44,763 nt of DNA from an uncultured archaeon (lineage in GTDB: Archaea; Aenigmatarchaeota; Aenigmatarchaeia; Aenigmatarchaeales; JACQIB01). Shown here one piece after another: positions 25,729 through 32,697 of the stretch; the first letter of the stretch is position 1; each line of letters starts with the position of its first letter. The stretch spans positions 1-44,763 of the forward strand of contig CAYJQM010000001.1 of assembly GCA_964372405.1 (NCBI GenBank). The letters are read 5' to 3'. Under the pieces are notes generated by a model, which saw only the letters and a list, made by a program, of their open reading frames with translations, was not told the DNA's origin and ran no database searches. The translations under genes and the position numbers were made by a program.

Positions 25729-28008
25729 ATGCCAAAGGAAATAAAGGAAGTTAAGATGAAAGTCGGGGAACTTACAGGAAGGGAAGACTTTGGTCGCGGG
25801 TTGGCAAGAATCGATTCTAATACAATGAAAACACTTGGTGCGAAGGAAGGAGATGTCATAGAGATTGAAGGCAAGAGAAAAAGTTCTGCTATTGCAATCC
25901 GTTCCTATCCTGCTGATGTTGGCTTGAATGTAATAAGGATTGACGGTTTGGTCAGAAAGAACTGCGGAACAAGCATAGGCGAATCTGTTACAATAAGAAA
26001 GGCGGATGTAAAGGAAGCGAAGAAAATTGTTCTTGCTCCGGCAGAGAAAGGTTTGATTTTACATTTCTCGCCAAACTTGCTTAAGCAAAACATTTACATG
26101 AGACCTATGGTTAAAGGCGACATTATAATTGCAAATCCAGTTTTCAGGACAAGGGGACGCGGTTCAGGCGATATGTTTGAGCAAATGTTTGGAATTTCCA
26201 TGGAAGAAGTTTTCTTACCGATGGGAACCGAGACAAGATTAGCTGTTGTTAAGACTTCACCAGAGTCGGTTGTTCAGATTACCGACATGACTGAAGTCGA
26301 GCTTCTACCAGAAGCTGTTGACATGGAAGAATCTAAGGCACCGTCAGTTACATATGAAGACATAGGCGGTTTGACGCAGATTGTTCCTAAAGTTAGAGAA
26401 ATGATTGAACTCCCATTGAGACATCCAGAAATCTTTGAGCGTTTAGGAGTAGAACCACCGAAAGGAGTTTTGCTTTACGGGCCTCCAGGTACAGGAAAGA
26501 CTTTGCTGGCTAAAGCAGTTGCTAATGAATCGGGCGCGCACTTTATTTCAATTGCAGGCCCAGAGATTGTTAGCAAATGGTATGGCGGTTCAGAAGAAAA
26601 CTTAAGAAAAATTTTCGAAGAGGCAGAGAAGAACGCACCAACAATCATTTTCTTTGATGAAGTTGATGCCATCGCACCAAAGCGTGAGGAGGTAACTGGT
26701 GAAGTTGAGCGTAGAATGGTTTCTCAACTTTTGAGTCTAATGGACGGGTTAAAGTCCAGAGGTAAGGTTATTGTTATTGCAGCAACAAATAGACCAAATG
26801 CAATCGATCCGGCTTTACGTAGAGGTGGAAGGTTTGACAGGGAACTAGAAGTTCCAGTTCCTGATAAAGCTGGAAGAAAAGAAATATTCCAGATTCACAC
26901 AAGAGGTATGCCTTTGGAAACCGATGTAAATCTTGATAGATTATCTGAAGTAACTTATGGTTACGTAGGTGCAGACTTGTCAGGACTGTGCAAGGAGGCT
27001 GCCATGTCGGCTTTGCGTAGAGTGTTACCAGAAATTTCTGCTTTGAAAGAAGGTGAACCGATACCTAAGGAGGTAATAGAAAAACTGCAGATAACTAAAG
27101 ACGATTTTGATTACGCGTTGAAAATGGTGCAGCCATCTGCGATGAGAGAAGTTTTAGTTGAAATACCAAAAGTAAAATGGGAAGATGTTGGAGGCCTTGA
27201 AGATGTTAAGGGTGCTTTGAAGGAAGCTGTTGACTGGCCATTGAAGAATCCTGAATCATTCACTAGAATGGGAATAAAACCAGCGCGTGGCATATTGCTA
27301 TACGGTCCGCCTGGATGTGGAAAGACTTATATTGTCAAGGCTTTGGCAAACGAAGCTGGTGCAAACTTTATTTCAATAAAGGCTGGTGAACTTTACTCAA
27401 AATGGGTCGGTGAGAGCGAACAAAGAATAAGAGAAGTTCTCAGGCGCGCAAAACAAGTAGCACCAACAATAGTGTTCTTTGATGAGATAGATGCCCTTGC
27501 TCCGCGCAGAGGAATGGATGCAGGTAGCAGAGTTTCAGAACAAGTGGTTTCACAATTGCTTACAGAAATGTCTGGCATTGAAGACATGGAAGGAGTTGTT
27601 GTGATTGCAGCAACAAACAGGCCTGATATGATTGATCCTGCTCTGTTGAGACCGGGAAGATTTGATAGAATGGTTTACGTTCCAGCTCCAGATGAAAAGA
27701 CAAGATTTGAAATTTTGAAGACGCACACAAAAGAAATGCCTATTAAAGGCCTAGACATGGAAGCACTTGCAGAAAAGACAGAAGGCTACAGCGGAGCTGA
27801 CATAGAAGCAGTTTGCAGGGAAGCTGGGTTAAATGCATTACGTTCCGATATGAACGCAAGCGAAATAACTAAAAAAGATTTCAATGATGCATTGAACAAA
27901 ATAAAACCAAGCATAACACAGGACATGTTTGCTAAATACCAAAAGGCTGTTGAAGACGTAAAGAAAGCAAAAGTTGATGAGGCAGAAAAAAGTAGATACA
28001 TAGGATAA
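25729..28008 (+). CDS. cdc48: Cdc48/VAT-type AAA+ ATPase (double-psi barrel N domain plus D1 and D2)
   Basis: N domain ..GRGLARIDSNTMKTLGAKEGDVIEIEG.. . Two Walker A motifs are present (GPPGTGKT, GPPGCGKT), along with two DE Walker B motifs and SRH regions. The start is ambiguous (ATG 25711, 25729 or 25756). The protein ends in ..KSRYIG. Confidence 0.9.
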   Translation: MPKEIKEVKMKVGELTGREDFGRGLARIDSNTMKTLGAKEGDVIEIEGKRKSSAIAIRSYPADVGLNVIRIDGLVRKNCGTSIGESVTIRKADVKEAKKIVLAPAEKGLILHFSPNLLKQNIYMRPMVKGDIIIANPVFRTRGRGSGDMFEQMFGISMEEVFLPMGTETRLAVVKTSPESVVQITDMTEVELLPEAVDMEESKAPSVTYEDIGGLTQIVPKVREMIELPLRHPEIFERLGVEPPKGVLLYGPPGTGKTLLAKAVANESGAHFISIAGPEIVSKWYGGSEENLRKIFEEAEKNAPTIIFFDEVDAIAPKREEVTGEVERRMVSQLLSLMDGLKSRGKVIVIAATNRPNAIDPALRRGGRFDRELEVPVPDKAGRKEIFQIHTRGMPLETDVNLDRLSEVTYGYVGADLSGLCKEAAMSALRRVLPEISALKEGEPIPKEVIEKLQITKDDFDYALKMVQPSAMREVLVEIPKVKWEDVGGLEDVKGALKEAVDWPLKNPESFTRMGIKPARGILLYGPPGCGKTYIVKALANEAGANFISIKAGELYSKWVGESEQRIREVLRRAKQVAPTIVFFDEIDALAPRRGMDAGSRVSEQVVSQLLTEMSGIEDMEGVVVIAATNRPDMIDPALLRPGRFDRMVYVPAPDEKTRFEILKTHTKEMPIKGLDMEALAEKTEGYSGADIEAVCREAGLNALRSDMNASEITKKDFNDALNKIKPSITQDMFAKYQKAVEDVKKAKVDEAEKSRYIG

Positions 28009-28022
28009 TTGTAGGTGATAAT

Positions 28023-28388
28023 ATGAATGAAGAAGATAAAAAAGTACGTGTGAATTTGAACATAGACCACGGACAACAGGCATTTTTTGCGGACCGCGTT
28101 ACGGTTTCGCACTTTCCAAACAAGTTTGTGATAGACTTTACGCAGGCATTGCCACGTTTTGACGTTGTAGGCGACCAACCGCAGCAAACTTTGGTCGTGA
28201 AGCATAATCCAATTGTAATGGATCCGAATGTTGTGAAAGAGTTCGTGCGTGTGCTTACAGAAAATATGGACAAGTATGAGAAGAATGTTGCGAAGGTTAG
28301 TATGCCAAAACAATCCAAGCAAAAAAAATCTTCAAAACCTTCGATGCAAAAATCAACAACGGATGCATCAAGCAGGTATATTGGTTAG
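28023..28388 (+). CDS. DUF3467-like protein ending in SRYIG
   Basis: ..FFADRVTVSHFPNKFVIDFTQALP..VVKHNPIVMDPNVVKEFVRVLTENMDKYEKN.. resembles the DUF3467 consensus. An AGGTGAT SD lies 4 nt before the ATG, 14 nt after the cdc48 stop. Confidence 0.65.
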   Translation: MNEEDKKVRVNLNIDHGQQAFFADRVTVSHFPNKFVIDFTQALPRFDVVGDQPQQTLVVKHNPIVMDPNVVKEFVRVLTENMDKYEKNVAKVSMPKQSKQKKSSKPSMQKSTTDASSRYIG

Positions 28389-28393
28389 TTTTG

Positions 28394-28446
28394 CTGCATT
28401 GCGAAGCAATGCAGTTATTTGATTGCTGAACTGCTTCGCAGTTCAG
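28394..28446. terminator. pair of perfect 9-bp hairpins between convergent genes: CTGCATTGC-GAA-GCAATGCAG and CTGAACTGC-TTC-GCAGTTCAG
   Basis: 28394-28414 and 28426-28446. Each contains the GCGAAGC heptamer (the second on the opposite strand), so one hairpin is oriented for each converging transcript. Confidence 0.6.
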
Positions 28447-28455
28447 TCGTAAATA

Positions 28456-28674
28456 TTATCCTTGCTTCCTTGCCAGCTCAACATCTTCTCTCTTAACAGT
28501 CTTACGACCAGCGTGTTGAGCGAAGCGTACAGCATCTTTTGCCAAACCATTGGCCATGTCGTGAAGAACATCTGCAAATGCACGTGCAGCATCATCACTA
28601 ACTCTTTCTGCTCCGGCATTCTTTAAAATTTCTGCCATTGGTGCGGCAGGTATGATGGAACGTTTTCTTGGCAT
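28456..28674 (-). CDS. archaeal histone (HMf family) with a short basic N-terminal extension
   Basis: ..IIPAAPMAEILKNAGAERVSDDAARAFADVLHDMANGLAKDAVRFAQHAGRKTVKREDVELA.. aligns along the whole histone fold. ATG at 28674 gives the N-terminus MPRKRS. An upstream TTG at 28707 would add 11 more residues. Confidence 0.85.
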   Translation of the reverse strand: MPRKRSIIPAAPMAEILKNAGAERVSDDAARAFADVLHDMANGLAKDAVRFAQHAGRKTVKREDVELARKQG

Positions 28675-28763
28675 TTTAATCACATGTTTTGCTTGGTTAC
28701 GAACCAAGTCATATAAATTGGGTTAGAATTTTCCTATTTATATACGTTTTGTAAAATGTTTTT

Positions 28764-30035
28764 ATGCCCAAGCTTAAGCGCGAAATAGGACTATTCGAAG
28801 TTACGATGTATGGAATTGGCGTAATTCTTGGTGCCGGTATTTACGTTTTACTTGGCAAAGCTGCCGGAGTAGCAGGAAATTCTGTTTGGATATCATTTGT
28901 CATCTCAGCAATAATAGCACTGTTTTCAGGATTAAGCTACGCAGAACTTTCTTCGATGTTTCCTAAATCTGCCGCAGAATACATTTACACCAAGAAGGCT
29001 TTTGGCAACAGGACATTTTCATTTCTTATAGGATGGATATCAATTTTTGCTATGGTTGTAGCCGGTGCGGCCGTTGCACTTGGCTTTGCAGGCTATGCAT
29101 CTGTAATTTTTGGTGTGCCAATTGTAGCTGCTGCTATCGGATTAATAATTTTGACTTCATTGGTTAATTTTTGGGGCATGAAGGAATCCGCAACATTAAA
29201 TATTATTTTTACGGCAATAGAAATGTTCGGTTTGTTATTAGTTATCTTCTTCGCGTTTCCGCATCTTGGAACTGTAAATCTTCTAGAAATGCCAACCGGC
29301 TGGGCCGGAATTTTCACTGCAGCTACTTTAATTTTCTTTGCTTATCTTGGCTTTGAAGACCTTGTAAATATTTCTGAAGAAACAAAAAAACCTAGGAAGA
29401 ATATTCCTTTAGGTTTGTTGATTTCAATTGTAGTAACTTCAATAATGTATATTTTGGTTTCTATGTCTGCTGTGACTTTGATGGACTGGCAGGCACTTGG
29501 AGCAAGCAAGGCACCACTTGCTGATACACTTTCCACAGTTGCTCCATGGGCAAGTAGATTGCTATTGTACATCGCACTATTTGCAACTGGTGGCACCGTT
29601 TTGTTTTTACTCATTGCTGCATCAAGAAAACTTTATGGCATGGCTGAGGAACACGAGTTTAGCAAGAAGCTTTGCCTTTTGCATCCAAAAACTAAAACGC
29701 CTTGGGTTGCTATTGGCGTTACAGCACTTGCTGCAATAGGCTTTGCAACTTTAGGCGACATAAAAGTTGTTGCAGAATTAACAGACTTTGCTGCCTTTAC
29801 ACTTTTCGCATCTGTAAACTTATCTGTAATAGTTTTGAGGCTTACTCAACCTAAACTATCAAGGCCATTCTCGGTGCCATTTTCAATAGGCAAGATACCA
29901 ATTGTACCGGTTCTCGGATTAGCTTCGTGTGTTTACCTATTAACATTCTTTACGACTAGTATTTACACTGGCATTGGTATCGTTTTTGCTGTTGGACTTG
30001 TAGTATTTTGGCTTTCCAGTAGGATTAAAATCTAG
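28764..30035 (+). CDS. APC-superfamily amino acid/polyamine permease
   Basis: About 12 TM helices. The N-terminal ..GVILGAGIYVLLGKAAG.. motif is typical of the APC family. Confidence 0.8.
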   Translation: MPKLKREIGLFEVTMYGIGVILGAGIYVLLGKAAGVAGNSVWISFVISAIIALFSGLSYAELSSMFPKSAAEYIYTKKAFGNRTFSFLIGWISIFAMVVAGAAVALGFAGYASVIFGVPIVAAAIGLIILTSLVNFWGMKESATLNIIFTAIEMFGLLLVIFFAFPHLGTVNLLEMPTGWAGIFTAATLIFFAYLGFEDLVNISEETKKPRKNIPLGLLISIVVTSIMYILVSMSAVTLMDWQALGASKAPLADTLSTVAPWASRLLLYIALFATGGTVLFLLIAASRKLYGMAEEHEFSKKLCLLHPKTKTPWVAIGVTALAAIGFATLGDIKVVAELTDFAAFTLFASVNLSVIVLRLTQPKLSRPFSVPFSIGKIPIVPVLGLASCVYLLTFFTTSIYTGIGIVFAVGLVVFWLSSRIKI

Positions 30036-30037
30036 AG

Positions 30038-30940
30038 TTAAAGTTTTGTAGTTACTACAGGCCTATCAGCAACAATTAACGTATGTTCAGTCTGTGCAAC
30101 CATTCCACCAGAAGTTTCTTTCAAAGTGTTGTAGTGGTAAAGTGCGCCGCTTTGCATTAGTTGTCGCAATGCATTTTCCACGTTAGCACCAAACTTTTGT
30201 TGGACCCAGCGCTTTGCGAAAGGAAGTTTTGACCAGTCGGTTTTAGATGCTTGTAATATTTTTCTCGCTAACTCGTCACGTTGTGGAAAATCTGCTATCC
30301 AACGAAAAATTGTTGGGGGTGGGCTGTCCTTTACCCAACCTTTGCCATTTGTTGAGAAGGGTTCAATTGCAAAGACTTCACCTTCGCTAAGAACTTTAGG
30401 AGCTGACATTTTTACTGCAGGAACATTTATTCCGGCATGCAAGTTAAACTGCTCAATGCTATGTCCGGTTAGATTTCCAATTGATTTTAGACCAAAACTT
30501 TTTGCTACCTCTTCCATTGCGGAGCTTGCTTCTTCGATAGCCGTTCCAGGCCTAAACATTTTTATTGCCGTTTCTAACATTTTTTCAGAACATTTTATTA
30601 TGTCGTCTTTGCCTGCAATCCTTACTGTAACTGCAGTATCAGCTATGTAGCCGTCAACATGCGCTCCTATATCAAGCTTAACGTAGTCCTTTTCACGAAT
30701 GACTCGCGGATCATTCAAAACAGGGGCGCAGTGAGCTGCAATGTCATTAATGCTTATACACGTTTGGAAAGCTGGCTTTGCCCCCAAGTCAAAAATCTTC
30801 TTTTCAATTTTGTCAGCAAGTTCAACTGCTAGCGTGCCCTCTTTTACTAACTTTGCTCCATAGTCACGCGCCTTCGCTGCAATTTCTCCTGCCCTTTTTA
30901 TTTTCTGCAAGGCTTCCCTGTCTTCGAATATGTTTAGCAT
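30038..30940 (-). CDS. map: methionine aminopeptidase, type 2 (archaeal)
   Basis: ..DYVKLDIGAHVDGYIADTA.., ..LTGHSIE.., ..FAIEPF.., ..AQTEHTLIV.. are pita-bread metal ligands. The helical insert of type-2 enzymes is present. Confidence 0.9.
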   Translation of the reverse strand: MLNIFEDREALQKIKRAGEIAAKARDYGAKLVKEGTLAVELADKIEKKIFDLGAKPAFQTCISINDIAAHCAPVLNDPRVIREKDYVKLDIGAHVDGYIADTAVTVRIAGKDDIIKCSEKMLETAIKMFRPGTAIEEASSAMEEVAKSFGLKSIGNLTGHSIEQFNLHAGINVPAVKMSAPKVLSEGEVFAIEPFSTNGKGWVKDSPPPTIFRWIADFPQRDELARKILQASKTDWSKLPFAKRWVQQKFGANVENALRQLMQSGALYHYNTLKETSGGMVAQTEHTLIVADRPVVTTKL

Positions 30941-31018
30941 TTTATCAACTTAAGCAAATTATTTGTGTGTACGATAGATACTGCTATATTTTAATAGGTT
31001 CGCTATCGCATTATTAAA

Positions 31019-31618
31019 ATGCCAAAACTCATCGTAAGTCTTGACAAGAAGAAATGTACCGGTATTGGTTATTGTCAATCTGTACAGCCAATTCTATGGT
31101 CCGTCACTGATAGAAAAGCCAAGCTTTTGAAAGGTAGTTTGAAAAAAGAAGACACCTATGAAGTGGATGCTGACGAATCTACTATGAAGGCAATACAAGA
31201 ATCTGCGCTCGTATGTCCGAATTATGCAATAGAAGTTCTCGACGACAAAGGTAATAGCATTCTCGGCATAAAAGGTGGAAAGTCGGTTAAGTTCAGAATA
31301 ATTAAATCTCATTATGACAGCAGGAAAGAGTGGGTTATGGATCCAATGGGCTTCTTTACAATAAAGCCATTTCCAAAAGAAAATATAATAAGAGTAAGAT
31401 TTTACAACAGCGAGTATCAATTGGCTGTCTTGATAGAAGGGGAAAATGCAGAAGACATATTCAATACTATTGTAAGGGAAAAGCTACTAACATCGTTAGC
31501 GCATGCGGCTTACCTAGGAAGCGAGCTTCAGAAAGCAGAAATAGCCCTTAAGTTAGGCGTCGAATACATACAAGACGATCCATTAGATTTAAATAAAAAG
31601 CCGATAGAAAAGCAATAA
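31019..31618 (+). CDS. fusion of a single-cluster ferredoxin domain and a DUF4346-like domain
   Basis: N-terminal KCTGIGYCQS..ALVCPNYAI is a CxxGxGxC...CP ferredoxin pattern. C-terminal ..WVMDPMGFFTIK..HAAYLGSELQKAEIAL..YIQDDP resembles DUF4346. Confidence 0.5.
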   Translation: MPKLIVSLDKKKCTGIGYCQSVQPILWSVTDRKAKLLKGSLKKEDTYEVDADESTMKAIQESALVCPNYAIEVLDDKGNSILGIKGGKSVKFRIIKSHYDSRKEWVMDPMGFFTIKPFPKENIIRVRFYNSEYQLAVLIEGENAEDIFNTIVREKLLTSLAHAAYLGSELQKAEIALKLGVEYIQDDPLDLNKKPIEKQ

Positions 31619-31628
31619 GTGATGTTTT

Positions 31629-32138
31629 ATGAAAGTATTATTGATATTCCCTCCACAAAACTTGGATCAAAGATATTCTCGTGACTTCGGGAATGTTGGA
31701 GGCTTTCTCCCACCGTTAGGCTTATGCTACATGGCAGCTGTCCTAGAAAAAGCCGGACACGAAGTTCGCATTATGGACTGTCCGGTCAATAATTTTGGTG
31801 CAGAAGACATAATGAAAGAAGTTACAAACTTCAATCCAGAATTCGTAGGTATTGCTGCTATAACAACTCCATTTCCCGGAACGCAGTTGTGGGATAACTA
31901 CGAAAAATACGGCACGCTTGATAAGAATTTCAGTGAATATCATGGATGGTCTCCTGTTTTCGTTCCTTTCGGCTACAAGAACCGAGAAGAATTAATGGCG
32001 ATGAATAAGGAAGCTTTCAGGAGATTCTACTTCAGACCTCAGTATGTTCTAAATAGAATAACAAAAATAAAATCTTTTTCTGAATTGAAAAGGAACTTAG
32101 CTGGCATAAAAGTTGTCACAGGAATGGTCAACGGTTAA
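31629..32138 (+). CDS. B12-binding-domain protein, an internally deleted but in-frame derivative of a B12-binding radical SAM enzyme (possible pseudogene)
   Basis: MKVLLIFPP..PPLGLCYMAAVLEKAGHEVRIMD..EFVGIAAITT is the B12-binding domain. It is joined directly to ..PFPGTQLWDNYEKYG..FRRFYFRPQYV.., the post-barrel C-terminal region. There is no CxxxCxxC motif. A GTGAT SD precedes the ATG. Confidence 0.6.
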   Translation: MKVLLIFPPQNLDQRYSRDFGNVGGFLPPLGLCYMAAVLEKAGHEVRIMDCPVNNFGAEDIMKEVTNFNPEFVGIAAITTPFPGTQLWDNYEKYGTLDKNFSEYHGWSPVFVPFGYKNREELMAMNKEAFRRFYFRPQYVLNRITKIKSFSELKRNLAGIKVVTGMVNG

Positions 32139-32190
32139 CTGCTTCTAGAGAAGCCAAATTTATTTATACGTAAAATATAGCACTTATCTT

Positions 32191-32697
32191 ATGTATGCCG
32201 ATGCAGGCCATTCCATTGCTAATGGCAAGAAGTTGCCTAAGACTGATCCGATCTTCGAACTTATCGGATCTCTCGATGAACTAAACTCTTTTGTTGGATT
32301 GGTTAGGGTTAACATAAGAAACGAAGAAGTTGATAACTTACTAAAAAATATTCAAGATAAAATATTTACAGCAGGAGCCGACATAGGATACAATAAAGAT
32401 GTAAAAATAAATTCTTCCGATGTAAAGTTTCTTGCTGATGCAATAGATCATTATTCCAAACAAATAGAAGAAATACATTATTTCGTTTACCCGATAGGTG
32501 CACAGTCATCAGCACTTTTACATGTATGCAGATCAATTTGCAGGCGTGCGGAGCGTAACGCATTCGCATTTTCAAATCAAGATGTAATAAATCCAGAGAT
32601 TTTGCAGTACCTTAACAAATTGTCCTCATTGCTTTTTGTTCTTGCACGTTTAGCAAACAAAGAAGAAGGCATTAAGGATGAAAAGTGGGGGCGCTAA
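32191..32697 (+). CDS. PduO-type ATP:cob(I)alamin adenosyltransferase family protein
   Basis: ..ELIGSLDELNSFVGLVR.., ..IQDKIFTAGADI.., ..LHVCRSICRRAER.., ..LNKLSSLLFVLAR.. match the Cob_adeno_trans helical bundle. The N-terminal ATP-binding motif is divergent or short (MYADAGHSI). Confidence 0.65.
   Translation: MYADAGHSIANGKKLPKTDPIFELIGSLDELNSFVGLVRVNIRNEEVDNLLKNIQDKIFTAGADIGYNKDVKINSSDVKFLADAIDHYSKQIEEIHYFVYPIGAQSSALLHVCRSICRRAERNAFAFSNQDVINPEILQYLNKLSSLLFVLARLANKEEGIKDEKWGR

Noticed and set aside
27991-28008. Reading the Cdc48 C-terminus as a canonical HbYX proteasome-docking motif.
   Set aside because: The Tyr is antepenultimate (R-Y-I-G), not penultimate. I therefore report only the shared tail and leave the docking partner open.
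27786-28322. 178-aa and 128-aa minus-strand ORFs across the cdc48/DUF3467 junction.
   Set aside because: They lie antisense to two well-supported genes, and their composition is the typical shadow of AT-rich coding sequence.
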